Below, in pieces: positions 26,660 to 39,635 of a DNA stretch of 64,000 nt. The stretch's first letter is position 1. Every line of letters starts with the position of its first letter. Made by a program: the position numbers and the translations under genes. This stretch comes from Octopus sinensis (lineage: Eukaryota): NCBI RefSeq assembly GCF_006345805.1, contig NC_043006.1:84134001-84198000 (forward strand). The letters are read 5' to 3'. The notes beneath the pieces are model-generated. The model was not told the DNA's origin. It worked only from the letters and a program-made list of their open reading frames with translations, and ran no database searches.

Positions 26660-27049
26660 GGTGCAGGAGTGGCTGTGTAGTAAGTAGCTTGCTTACCAAC
26701 CACATGGTTCCGGGTTCATTCCCACTATATGGCACCTTGGGCAAGTGTCTTCTACTATAGCCATGGACCAACCAAAGCCTTGTGAGTGGATTTGTTAGAC
26801 GGAAACTGAAACAAGCCCATCGTATATATGTATATACATATATATATGTTTGTGTGTCTCTGTGTTTGTCCCAACATTGCTTGACAACTGATGGTGGTGT
26901 GTTTACGTCCCTGTAACATTAGCGGTTCGGCAAAAGAGACCGATAGAATAAGTACTAGGCTTCCAAAGAATAAGTCCTGGGATTGATTTTGCTCGACTAA
27001 AGGTGGTGCTCCAGCATGGCTGCAGTCAAATGACTGAAACAAGTAAAAG
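26660..27049 (+). mobile_element. SINE family A, near full length
   Basis: ggtgcaggagtggctgtgtagtaag head, gggttcattccc B-box, accttgggcaagtg core, internal (TA/TG)n, tail gactgaaacaagtaaaag. Confidence 0.85.
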
Positions 27050-27241
27050 AAAAAAAAATTAACCTTTTTGATACTAACCCACCTGAGACCACCCATGACT
27101 CTATCATATAACCATCCTCTTTAAAGTGATCTATTTAAAACTTTCCATCAACAATTTCACGTTAAGGTGGAATTCGGGTTTAAGCACCCTTCATATTTAA
27201 AAAAATTTGGGGGGAATTTTCAGAAAAGTTTTGCAAATTTG

Positions 27242-27462
27242 TGTTCTACACACTGGAATTTTTACACAGATTGGTATGGAAGTCAATGCCTCGAAGACCA
27301 AAATCCTCACAGCCGGCTTTGCCCCACCAGACAAAACACCCATTGTCCTCAATGGTGATATTCTTGAAGAGGCTGAGAGTTTCAAATACCTTGGCACCAT
27401 CATTACAGCTACAGGTCAAGGTGAGTCTGACATTTAAACACGAATCGACCTCACTCGTCAAG
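27242..27462 (+). mobile_element. Non-LTR retrotransposon RT fragment (RTE-like) joined to a SINE C tail
   Basis: IGMEVNASKTKIL...LNGDILEEAESFKYLGTII: RT domain 6/7 N..KTK and FKYLG motifs; in-frame stop follows. Confidence 0.8.
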
Positions 27463-28787
27463 CCATCTGGTTCGCCAGCCCTCAGTTATTCGTCCAACCC
27501 ATGCCAGCATGGAAAGCGGATGTTAAACGATGATGATGATGATGATGAATGGGATTTGTTTTAAACATTGAATCACTATAGGGATCCAACAGAGTAAACT
27601 AGGAATTAAAGGAATCCATAGACAAAATTTGGTCTTGGTGGAGATGTTCTCTGATGAGGAAAAGCAACTTCAATCAACATTTATGTTTAAATTTGCCATA
27701 ATGTATTGGGAATAAATACATTATTTTTTTTATTCTAACTGTTCTATTTGCACCTCATGAATTATTAATGCATTATCACATTTTAATTAATGCTGAATAG
27801 TATGATCAGGTGCATATCTTGGTTTCCTAAAATTAAAGATTCATTATTTTTCTCACCACATATTCATCCTCACATGTTCTTCTGTACTTGAGATTTGCTC
27901 CTGATACCAAAAAGTTCTACCACCTCTGTTCTTTGTAGTTATTTGACCTACTGGAAATAGCAGCTGATTCTATTCCCTGACGTTTTAAAAAAAGCACATT
28001 GGACAATGAATTCCATGATATCTAGAAAGATAAGAGTGTCACACATGGAGCAATTCTGATTATAGATATGTATGATCATTGCTGGCTTGAGCTAAAGATA
28101 ACAGTCTGACATAAGAAATTGCTGGAAAAATAACAAAAATCATCAAAGAGAGAGAGATATACTACATACCTCAAATATCAATGTTGCTGGCCAGAATAAC
28201 ATATCTAATAATTATGGTAATGTTCAATATATATTATGGCCAAAAATCTGATACACATAATGATTGGTAGGACTTAACTACAGACTGATGTTTCTAGCTT
28301 GACTTTGTTTCCTTCTAACTTCCTGAAAATACATATTTTTAAAGGAAATTTTTCCGATATGTATTTTCAAGAATATAGATTACATAACATTGCTGTTTCA
28401 ATTATATAAATCTGCCAAAAAAAAAAGTGATGAGGAACTCTAAAGGTACAAAAATTTATGGTAAGAAAGTTGAACAGGTAAAGAATAAGAATGATTTAAA
28501 GTACCTCCAAAGGATGTGGGAGTTATTTTCTAAATTTATTCCATTCTCTCAAAAGCAAATTTTTGCAAAATGTCAAATAAATATAAACATTCTAAAAGAG
28601 AGATATGAGGACACATTTGGATGCGAAGGAGAGAGGGAGAATGGTCCAAAATTCCTTCCAAAAATATTTTTTAGTGTCAGGCATGGCTGTGTTGTCAAGA
28701 AGTTTGTTTTGCGGCATGTTGGACAAGTGCCTTCAAACTATAGCCCTGGGCTGACCAATGCTTGTGAGTGAATTTGGTGAATAGAAA

Positions 28788-29172
28788 CGAGCTGGCAGAA
28801 ACGTTAGCACGCCGGGCAAAATGCTTAGCGGTATTACGTCTGCCGCTACATTCTGAGTTCAAATTCTGACAAGGACGACTTTGCCTTTCATCCTTTCGGG
28901 GTCGATTAAATAAGTACCCATTACGCACTGGGGTCGATATAATCGACTTAATCCGTTTGTCTGTCCTTGTTTGTCCCTTCTGTGTCTAGCCCCTTGTGGG
29001 TAGTAAAGAAATAGGTATTTCGTCTGCCGCTACGTTGTGAGTTCAAATTCCGCCGAGGTCGACTTTGCCTTTCATCCTTTCAGGGTCGATAAATTAAGTA
29101 TCAGTTACGCACTGGGGTCGATGTAATCAACTTAATCCCTTTGTTTAGCCCCTTGTGGGCAATAAAGAAATA
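28788..29172 (+). mobile_element. SINE family B with tandem partial duplication
   Basis: Full copy to about 29013, immediately followed by a second copy restarting at gtatttcgtctgccgctac. Confidence 0.85.
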
Positions 29173-29974
29173 AGGAAACTGTGTGGAAGCCTCTTGCATA
29201 TATATGTGTGTGTGTGTATGTATGTGTATATTTTTGTGTGTGCATGTCTTTGTACACACCTCTGCTTGACAAGTGGTGTTGGTTTGTTTGCACCCTCATA
29301 ATCTAGTTGTTTGGCAAAATAGACCAATAAGTACCAGACTTTAAAAAATAAAGGACTTGGTTCGTTTTGTTCGATAAAACCCTTCAAGGAAGTGCCCCAG
29401 ATAATATGTATTTTTCAGAAAGTTATGAGAAAACAAAGTCAAGGACGGAGCCCTAATCTGTAATTGTGCCCTTCATTGAATACAGTATAGCAGTTTACTG
29501 GTCAGATTGCTTATCTCTTTACCTGTCTTGTACATCAGATGTAATACACAGGACACATTTCTTTGATGCCTATGCTGCGTATATGATACACATTCCCAAT
29601 ATTTTTCAACCACCAGAGTAACTTGGGACTTATGAAAGGAAAAATTTATATTTATAACCTAATAATTGTTTACAATCAGACCGGACAATGCATGTGTTTA
29701 TGAGCGAAACACCTAAACTCCACGCGGCTCCGGCAGAAGATAATGGCGAACTTCCGCAGACTCTTTCGCCACAACTTTCTCTCACTCTTTCCTCTTGCAT
29801 CTTGCAGCTAACCTGCGACAGACCGGCGTCCCGTCCAGGTGGGGAACCTATGCACCAAGGAAACCAGGAAACCGGCGCTATTGAGCCAGGCATGGCTCGA
29901 GAAGGAACAAACAACAATTGTTTACAAATTCTTCACAGCAAAGAAATACATAAAAAGAAAAAGCTAGTCAGACT

Positions 29975-30600
29975 GCTCAGGGACCCAACAGACAAAATAG
30001 AAAAGACTCTTCTCCAGAGGATGGCGAGGGAGATGCTCTGCAACGGCCTCTCTGACTCACGGGACTCGCTTTTGTCATAGTGATGAACAGGGATATGGTC
30101 CGGGGTCCGAGAACGCCGGAGACCGCCACTGCCACAGGCTCGACCATAAACCTATCAAAGAGCCACCGATACTTTAACAGTTTGCCCTCAACAACAGAGT
30201 TTGGGCTGGTAGCTGAACACACCAAGATATCTCTGGAGAAGGTATCACAGCACGTAACGTCTCAGATGAGAGAGCCTACCGCCACGGGACGGATAAATTG
30301 TCATATTGTCCAGCCTTTTACATCCCCTTAATCTAGCCCCGCTGGTTTGAGCTCAGAAGGAAAACATGCAGCATCTAGGCCATGTTTTATGATCTCGTTA
30401 AGAGCAGCATGGCATGGAAACGGCCAGCACTGTAACAACATGACAATGGGTGGAAGCCGAAAGAATCCAAACTGAATCAGTAGTTACATTTGTGAGGCTC
30501 ACAGATTTCGAGGTCAAGCCTCAGGGAGACACCGATGTACAGAAGACTGTCGCTATCAAGCTGAGAGCCAGTCGAGAGTGATGGCACTGCATTGCTCCAA
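29975..30600 (-). mobile_element. Decayed CRE-like (restriction-like endonuclease) non-LTR retrotransposon, 3' part
   Basis: Minus-strand translation with frameshifts gives LDSDSL.IGVSLRLDLEICEPHKC, HPLSCCYSAGRF..HAALNEIIK, KRLDNMTIYP...I*DVTCCDTF and EPVAVAVSGVLGP, matching recalled Zn-knuckle and KRPDG..WDVTC.DT motifs of RLE elements. Confidence 0.7.
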
Positions 30601-30628
30601 AATTTATATTACTCAGAACATATAAAAC

Positions 30629-31565
30629 GGTTAAACTAAAGCGTTTGACCCGGTTATGAAAACAAAAAAAAATAGTGTAATAGGTGTAAAATAACTTCCT
30701 TTGAACCGGTCATAAAAACAAAAAAAATAGTGTAATAGGTGTAAAACAACTTCCTCTAAACGAATATGAAAAAATGCGCGCTCGCGAGAGGCCTCGGAAA
30801 ATTCACATCGTGAATTTCCGAAAGCGTCTGAGGGTCTGACTCGGGCATATTTACATCGGAAAATTCACATCTTCAGTCCATAGCCTTTAAACTATAGTTT
30901 TTGACCCGGGCCGAAAAAAAAAAAAAAAAGAAAAAAATAGTGTAATTGGTGTAAAACTACTTGTTCTAAACGATTATCAAAAACATACACACATACACAA
31001 AGAGAAATGGTTGGTTCACTGCAATGCTTAAATCTCCAAAGACAGAAAATATTTAGACACAAACATGTGTCCGTGTGTCTCAGAAAAACATTCTCAGACA
31101 CAAGCGCATGCTACCACACTGAATTACAGAGCGGATTCATGAAAAAAGATCAAATTTTCACCCCATAATCAATCATATGCTGAACATTATGGCTGTTAAA
31201 ATTGTAGATTGTCTTCAAAACAAATATTTTAAAGCTTCACAAACATAGATTACACCATTTAAAGAAAATTTTGACATAAAATGAGGGTATTTATTTCGAG
31301 AAGAGGTGTGTATGTTTTTGATAATCGTTTAGAACAAGTAGTTTTACACCAATTACACTATTTAAAAAAAATTTTCCGGCCCGGGTCAAACACTATAGTT
31401 TAAAGGCCATGGACTGAAGATGTGAATTTTCCGGGTCCTCTCCCCCACCCCATTTCGCGAGTGCGCATTTTTTTTTTTTCATATTCGTTTAGAGGAAGTT
31501 GTTTCACCCCTATTACACTATTTTTGTTTGGTTTTTACGACCGGGTCAAACGCTTTAGTTTAGCC
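30629..31565. mobile_element. Foldback-type DNA element with long modular inverted arms
   Basis: Arms about 30629-30992 and 31306-31565 are reverse complements; termini ggttaaactaaagcg / cgctttagtttagcc; aaaac direct repeat at 30624-30628 and 31566-31570. Confidence 0.8.
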
Positions 31566-32362
31566 AAAACTATAAAACTAGAAGTCTGTAAACTAGCATG
31601 GACATTGATGACAAACTTATGAAAATGCATTGGGCAGGCGAAGAGATAATACTAGCGCAGATTGAATGTCTGTTCTAACACAAGGCAACAGGTGTTGCAA
31701 TGATAATGTTAAGTTACATAAGTCGCTGTTTCATTCATAGCACTACAACAGCCATTATAAAATAACGTGTACACACACACACACACACAGACAAACACAC
31801 ACACACAAACACATACACACAAATTACATACATACATAAACGCACACACACGTTCAACTAATATATTTAGACACATCAGTATAGCGAAGAGCTATGTAGC
31901 TATAGTTGTATTTTTAAAATATCATTGGGGTTACATTACAACACACACACACACACACGCACATTTAAAATGTACTTTAAGGTTGTGTAACAACGCTCAC
32001 TCACAACATTTATCAGTAAAGTAGATGGGGGCGGGGTGACGTGCTGACTCAGTTCGCCATCCCTGGCAACACAGTTTTGGAACTGCTCTAAAAACCTGTG
32101 TAGTCTTGGTGGCCCGAAGAGCGGAGGCCGTAAACCCAAAAGCTGCCCCCGGGTGGTACACTAACTATGTGACACACATACATACGTGCATGCGTGCTTA
32201 CATAGGTAAATTTTGATTTTACCCCCATACACACACATACTTACATGCATACATCGGAGGCATAACCATATTCTAAAGTAAGGAGAACGAGCAAAAAAAA
32301 AAATACAGTAACAATTTTAAATCATTTCTCGGCGATCATTCGGTACTAGTAACATAACAGTC

Positions 32363-32740
32363 GGATCTTTTCCTTTTGAACGGCACTTTTTAACATAATT
32401 TCTAGGTAACGAAAAAGTTTTAAACTTCGTATACTGGTAGAATGTGTTTATAAAACATCTTTTTCTTTTGGCTTTATTGAGAAAATTCTATAGTTTGTAA
32501 CATATTTCGTCTTTAATTTCGAGCATTTCGGCAATTTTAACCAATCACTGACGTCTATTTAGGTAAATAACATTCTGTGCATAATGAATATTTCCCTCCT
32601 TTAAGGAACAGATTGGGTTTATTTACATTTGTGAAGAAAAAAAGATACCCTTCCCCAACCCCTTACAAACCCACGTGGGTTTATTTACATTTCTGAAGAA
32701 AAAGATACCCTTCCCCCCACCCTTAACCCTAACCCCACAT
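32363..32740. mobile_element. GGATC-terminus MITE family member (right end uncertain)
   Basis: Begins ggatcttttccttttgaacggca as at 35310; body aligns in reverse to 43275-43689; internal tandem duplication of about 60 bp. Confidence 0.7.
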
Positions 32741-32959
32741 ATATAAAAAAATAAAAATTTACGGAAAGTGACGATCTTCTTCAAATGTAAACAAATACAC
32801 GTGAGGTAAATGGGACTCATATCGAAAGAATGCCCATTTCTCTCACATTACGCGAAATATTTCATTAATTGTGATATACGTAATTGTATTCTACATTCAT
32901 TAACCCATTCGTGCCGAAATTTTTCTAGTGAATGAAATTGCCTGAAGACTAGATATATA

Positions 32960-34174
32960 TATAGGATATCACAGAAAAGCTTGCAAAGAGCCCCGGGAAG
33001 GCCTTTAACTACAGTCTGAATTGGTGACCAGAGCTGAATTGGAGAGCTAGTTAAGGACTAGACAAGTCGGAGTCACTAGGAGTCATGGTTAGGTCTGACA
33101 GCACGCGGTCTTCCCAAGAATCCTCTGGCCCCTGCTTGTTTACGAAGTTCTCAATGACAGTGGTTGACGGCTTATAGCGAATGGGACGTAGCTATCTTCG
33201 CAGATGGCTGTGTAGCGTATCTGATATCCCCACTGTTTGAGAGATACAATAGGAATGATCTCGTTTGAGATTACAACCATCTTTGGCTAGTTTGACCCTG
33301 TTGTGTCCACTGCTCTGATTGGTTGGCATTCGGCGCAGTTTGTCTTTCGACTTATTTCGCGCCAGTGTGTAAGCCAACCAATCACGGCCTTTGGATAAGG
33401 TCTCATGACACTGTTTTTTTCTAAGCCCTTTTTGAACCACTTTAACCCTATAAATAAGCCAGCATTTCACTACTCCTTCTAAGGTCTAGTCACTGACTAC
33501 AGAGCCACTCAGCCAAGATCCAGTTCGAGCGACAGACGACCAGTCAGCCAGCCATGCTACTGCTCCAGCCACGAAGACGCTATTATAAACCAGCGACAGA
33601 CAGGACGTTCTCCATTTCCGCCGCCGTCATCACTATCGTCGACTTTAACATGTACACATCAACATTCACTCAGGTTTAAACTCACGCTGTATGTAAATAT
33701 TCACCCTGGTAAAACAGTTGCAGTCTACTTGAAAGAACTTACGGCATAATAGCCACAACTTCTACACGTGTAGTAACCGGCCTCTGCCAAGTGAACCCCA
33801 GCATCTTGTTATAGAACTCTTGCTATCGTGTACCTCACTTATGAACTGGTAAACTAATTCCATCTTAACTGAATATGCTGAGACATTCATCTTATGCTCT
33901 GTATTTTGTTCTATACGCATACACAAACACACCGACCCAAACACTTGTTGCATGCAAATACGCTCCACTTGCTAGCACTCACATACTTTATCTTTGTACA
34001 CTTTGTAAATAAAGTCTTCTTCTCTCAAACAGTAGAACGGTTTGTCGTCCTTCATTCATTCCTTTTGGCACGGTAATTTTATAGCATGTATTTGGCTTAT
34101 GTTATGGACGACCGTGCGGCGTTCAAAAGGAGACATTTGTCACCAACTCCTTACGTACGGTCGTATTTCCTACA
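32960..34174 (+). mobile_element. Probable solo LTR (boundaries approximate)
   Basis: Higher-GC unique block with CCAAT boxes (33318, 33378), TATAAATA (33449), AATAAA (34008); ends atttcctaca with degenerate inverted start tataggatat; no clear TSD. Confidence 0.45.
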
Positions 34175-34997
34175 GCTGGCTTTGCCACGCACTTTGAGCA
34201 GCATTATATTGTACAGAAGCAATAACAAATTCAGATTTCCCGTCTAGTTCTGTCAGGAATTCATGGAGTCGTAACAGAACACCTGCAACATACTGGTGCA
34301 AGGGACACCAAAGTTTCTAGTACTAGGTTTGCAGCGAGAATTGGAAGGAAGTGGAAGATATAGAACGCTTTGCCAAACGTGTGGGTTGCATTAAAAATAA
34401 CACTAAGGATATCTATAACTGTGATTTTGAGAGCGAAAGAGAAAATTTAGTTAGCTAAAGCTTATAAAAGCCATATTTATGGTAGTTCAGCGCACAAAAA
34501 GATTAAATTTTTTGGTAATTTTGTTTGTATAAAATATTAAAAAATGTATATAAATAAAGTATTAAGAAAACATTTGTAGATATAAAGTCCAGAAAATTGT
34601 TTTAGCTAGGATAATGTATGTAGTTTTTTTAGCATCTGTACCTTTGTTCGAAGAATATTCATTACATCTGTAGGAAATCAATGGTACCCTTCAGACTTAC
34701 TCTCTCACCCATCCAACATCCTCCACTCAGTGTTTGTAATATGTGACAAGATCATTACTTATAATGAAGACTGTCTGCCTTTTCCTCCTCTTCTCTCTCC
34801 TTCCTATTTATATTAATAAAAAGATTTCAAACTTCGACGTTGTGGTTGAACTGTTGTTCTTTTTAGCTTGCTTATTGACATTTGTACTTTATCCCAACAT
34901 CTGCAGTTTTTCTTCCTTGTGAAAAATTTTTTTAAATATTTGTAAAGGCATCGAAATTTAGCTTCCCTCTCGTCTTTTTCCTACGTACTAACTCTTT

Positions 34998-37150
34998 AAG
35001 CCACTATGACGGAAACTGGAGATGCTGAAGGATATCTCGCGCGAGTTAGGACGTGGAAGAACTGTGTCGGCAGATACGGACGACGTCACCATCATAGTGT
35101 CGGATACCAAGTACATTGAGGATTATACGCACTACTCTGAGGGACTATGATGAGGTGACAGGAGTAAAAATCAACCAAGAAAAGTCAGTAAGACTGCAGC
35201 TCGGTTTCTGGAGAAGCCGTCCAACAACATCGTGACGTGCAGAGTGGAGGGGCCAGTTTAATTACTCAGAGTCTAGTTTGATCCAGATTTGCAAGTGGGA
35301 AGAACTAGGGGATCTTTTCCTTTTGAACGGCAGTTCAAATTTCTAGTTAACTAAACACTTTTAAACTTCGTATACTGGTAGAATGTGTCAAAATAAAACA
35401 TTTTTTTCTCTTGGCTTTCTTGAGAAAATTGTAATTTGTAAGTTTAACGTAGTTTAATTTTTCGAATTTTAACCTCTATTGAGCTAACACCATTTGCTGC
35501 GTCTAAAACAGACAACATCCTGTCACTAACCCTAACCCTCACCCTAAATTTTAGCCTTTCGTTTTTTTTCTTAATTGTTAAATTAATTTAAGGATAACAA
35601 TTAAGAAGAAAAAAAAAACGAAAGGCTAAAACGAAAGCAATGGAAAATAATTTTAATTTAATAATTAAGAAAAAAACACGAAAGGCTAAACGAAAGCAAA
35701 AACTCAAAACAAAAACAAAACGAATAATTTTAGACACACGCGTAACAATTAAATTAATTTAACAATTAAGAAAAAAAAACGAAAGGCTAAAATTTAGGGT
35801 TAGAGTTAGGGTTAGTGACAGGATGTTGTCTCAGTTTTAGACGCAGCAAATGATTTTAGCTCAATTAGAGGCAATTGGTTGGTTAAAATTCGAAAAATTA
35901 AACTACGTTAAACAAACGAATTACAATTTTCTCAAGAAAGCCAAGAGAAAAAAATGTTTTATTTTGACACATTCTACCAGTATACGAGGTTTAAAAGTGT
36001 TTAGTTAACTAGAAATTGTGTTGAAAACTGCCGTTCAAAAGGAAAAGATCCGAACTAGGATTAAGTAACGAGCTGAGGGGCCATTCTCATCCAGAAATGG
36101 CAGGAGATAAAATCATCCTTGAAATGCTTACACGGTGTCCGTCAAAAAATTACCACCAGACTCTTGTGCCTTTCCCCAGTTCACATCTCACAGGATTGGA
36201 ACGCCTGCTTTTTTTCGCTTTCTGTGGAAGGGACGCATTCAACTAGTCTTGCACTCTATTTTGTTGATAACACCTGCTAAGTAGAACACAAAGCACTCTG
36301 TGGTTGCTGATGCGCAGACATGTGCTAAGGTTGCGACATCTTCCGTGTTTTCTTGGCAGTGAGCAGGTGTGATCACCGTTTTTCAGACTCGCTTTTCCGC
36401 GAGTACTCTGACTAAGCTGCAGTCTTGGATCAAGCGTACACCAAAGCAAAGCACCTGACACCTAGAGTGTCGTCAGATGCTCACAACCCTTAGCCAGTCG
36501 GGCAATGGAGTCTGTGGAAGTTCCACCTTGATGTTCTATAGAGGTTCAGTGGAGGGCAAGAGCAATGACGTTCTTGAGGAAATTCTAGGCGTCGACGAGA
36601 ATCAACTAGCTGGTCTGGTTCGGTGAACTTTTTAGCCGAAGCCCATAGATAATTTCCAGAAATCTCTGACCAGGCAGTGCTAGCGATGGTCAGGCATTGT
36701 CGGTTCGAGATACACTTTACAGGCTGTCAGTCGGGCCTGCCCGAGATGCGCGCAGAGCGACGAAACTGTTTTGCACACACTCAACGAGGGCCCGAGTATC
36801 GCTGATTGTAGAATTATGTCGAATAGTTGCTATTATATGTAGAATAGATCTGGCTATCGGCTGACTCCTTTGGGAAGATCGTTCTGCCATCTTCCTTTAA
36901 CCAGGAAGAGCAGGAAGTATTTATCTGTCTGGTGGCCTTTGAAAAAGAAATTGTTTGGAGGAACTGACTGAAAAGGCTGAAGACAGACACCTTCCTCTTA
37001 GGGCAAGCCCTCAACAAACTTTTCAAGTGAAACTTGAAAAGGAAAGTAAGAATGCGAACTTGTTGAAAGGTGTATGAGGGTGGCAAGAATAATCCAAAAG
37101 GACAGCCAGCTCTGAGCATGTACCTATTGATTGAGGGAGGATGATAAGGA
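34998..37150 (+). mobile_element. Decayed Tx1/L1-clade LINE ORF2 (RT to zinc knuckle), interrupted by a MITE
   Basis: VSADTDDVTIIV (decayed YADD), YDEVTGVKINQEKS, later CPRCAQSDETVLH; many stops and frameshifts. Confidence 0.75.
35310..36051. mobile_element. Palindromic MITE with 8-bp TSD and internal telomeric hexamers
   Basis: gaactagg at 35302-35309 and 36052-36059; inverted arms of about 280 bp starting ggatcttttccttttgaacggcag; taaccctaaccc / ttagggttag inside the arms. Confidence 0.9.
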
Positions 37151-38255
37151 TCAAAGTGACCGTGGTTTTGTGGGGTTTCCATAAGAATCCAAAGTCTCCC
37201 TACATTTGAGAAATTTCTCTTGTTTGAATTTATTGTCTCATCGCTTTTGTTATAGAAAAATCACTTTTCGAATTTTTAAAATTATTTTTTAATTTAAAAA
37301 GTCTTTCTTTCTTTCTAGCAAAACGGAAAAATTCCAGCTTGTGTGTCCTACCTATTGCTGACGTCTGCCACAAAAAAGATATGATTTTTAAATGTCTTAA
37401 ACTTGGCCAACATCATCCACAGCAAATAGAGAAGATTCATTCTGATGAAGTTATATTTTATCTTCATATTAATTAAAGAAGTAGGAAGAAGCAAAATGTT
37501 TAATTTACACACAATGAGTAAAAATATGTTTTAAAATGCATATAATATATACAGACAATTATTGCTCAGACCAGAGACTTAAAACCCAACATCGAACGAA
37601 GAGAAACGAATTTCAGGAAAATAGGAGAAACCATTAACAACCGCCTGTCCATCATGTGTGTGTGTCTGTGTGTGTACAAGTGTGTGTGTGTACGTGTGCA
37701 TGCGCGCGCGTGTGTGTGTGAAATAGGGCTGCTATTTGTCAGTTAGACAGCGATGGTTATATGTCCATTGTTATTTGCTGTAATTTTGTGGTCGAATTAA
37801 CTATTTTCTCATCTTTCTCTGCTTTAATTATCAACTGCAAAAGTATTAATTTAGCTTCGCCTTTTGACCTCATATTTCAACAATAAATTCGTTCTTGATT
37901 GCCCCGAGAGTAACTAGTAATTTTCAATAATTAACTGCGTAACACTGACATTTTTATCATAAACGTTAACAATACCTCGTTGTGTTTTTAGTCAATGAAC
38001 TCTATGTTCTGAGTTCAAATCCCGCAGAGGTCAACTCGCCTTTCATCCATCTGGTATCTTTCTATTATAATTATATTCACATCTAGAGTGCATTACATAA
38101 AAATTAATTCGTTCCCAGTTACTTGACTAGAATTTTAATTGTACGTTTTTGGCATGTTTCGATCATTGGACTGCGGCCATACAGAGGTACCGCCTTAAAG
38201 GGTTTAAACACGTACAAATATACCCCAGTACGTATTTTTTCAAATGCCTGGTACT

Positions 38256-38399
38256 CACTAGCGTAACTAGGAGGTGGGGTGGCGGCAGGGGCGGTCCGTA
38301 CTTTTGGGTCTGCTGTAGGCAATATGTATTTTTTGTGGGGTCTGGGGGCGGCAAATGGAAGGGCCGTCTCGGGCGGTACACACTCTAGCTACGCTAGTG
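38256..38399. mobile_element. hAT-like MITE nested in a reverse SINE A
   Basis: Termini cactagcgtaactag / ctagctacgctagtg; imperfect 8-bp TSD ctggtact / ccggtatt. Confidence 0.7.
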
Positions 38400-39238
38400 C
38401 CGGTATTTAGTCTATTGGTCTCTTTTGACTTAACAAATAAACACTGATTGTTAAGCGGTGGTGGAGGATAAACACAAAGACAGACACACAGACGCGAACA
38501 TATATACGTGTGTAAAAAAAAAAACCCCTTACATAACGGCGCCAACACAAAATCCCCTAGCCCCCCACCGTATCATTTGACACTATATCGTAGACTCGTT
38601 GCCCTGTTAGTGCCGTTTGTACTAAATATGCGGTTGTTTACAAATCCCTTATTATGGGTTTAGTTTTGCCATTAGTGTAAATAATATTCTAGCGTTAACT
38701 CTATTTTATGCAGACAGATTAACTTCTAGAAACTTGCGCTTTCTTTTACACTGATTTTCATTTTCCCCAAATGAACCATTGATCAGAATTACCAATGCAA
38801 AAATAATTAATGATTGTATTACAAAGGAAAAGAATAAAACTTTTTAATGAGAACCATGTGTCTAGTGCGATGCAGTTAAGTGCAGATACATTTGGTTTCA
38901 AACTTGTCAACTTTAGCCGCAAGTTTCCTCGTTCAATTCTTTTGAGGGAAAATAAAGTTCCAACATGTTTAAAACCAGATTCAACCAGGTATGAGATAGG
39001 GAAGGCAAGAATATGCTGCAAATCCCTTATTTTGGTTCGAAAGAGAGGGGAAAGGGGGACCCCCTCATCCCAGAATCATTGAAAGTTGTTTTTTGTTTTT
39101 TCGTTGAATGAATTCCTGTGACCCCCTAATATGCTACAAAACTCTTTTATGGATCCGAAAAACGGGTTGGGGTGAGGTGGAAGCCTCGGAAATTTCACCA
39201 CCACCCCCATTGATCTTTTCCACCCGCACGATTTTCAC

Positions 39239-39635
39239 TACTCTTTTACTCGTTTACTTGTTTCAGTCATTTGACTGTGGGCATGCTGGAGCACCGCTTT
39301 TAGTCGAGCAAATCGACCCCAGGACTTATTCTTTGTAAGCCTAGTACTTATTCTATCGGTCTCTTTTGCCGAACCGCTAAGTTACGAGGACGTAAACACA
39401 CCATCACCGGTTGTCAAGCGATGTTGGGGTGGGTGGGAGTCAAACACAGACACACAAACACACACATACATATGACGGGCTTCTTTCAGTTTCCGCCTAC
39501 CAAATCCACTCACTAGGCTCTGGTCGGCCCGAGGCTATAGTAGACGACACTTGCCCACGGTACTACGCAGAGGGACTGAACCCGGAACCATGTGGTTGGT
39601 TAGCAAGCTACTTAGCACACAGCTACTCCTACGTC
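39239..39635 (-). mobile_element. SINE family A, full length
   Basis: Reverse complement of the 56553 copy. Confidence 0.85.

Noticed and set aside
26660-26735. tRNA genes at SINE heads
   Set aside because: A/B-box-like motifs but no complete cloverleaf; always continuous with SINE bodies.
35526-35545. True telomere or chromosome fusion site
   Set aside because: Only 2-3 hexamers, placed symmetrically inside a TSD-flanked transposon.
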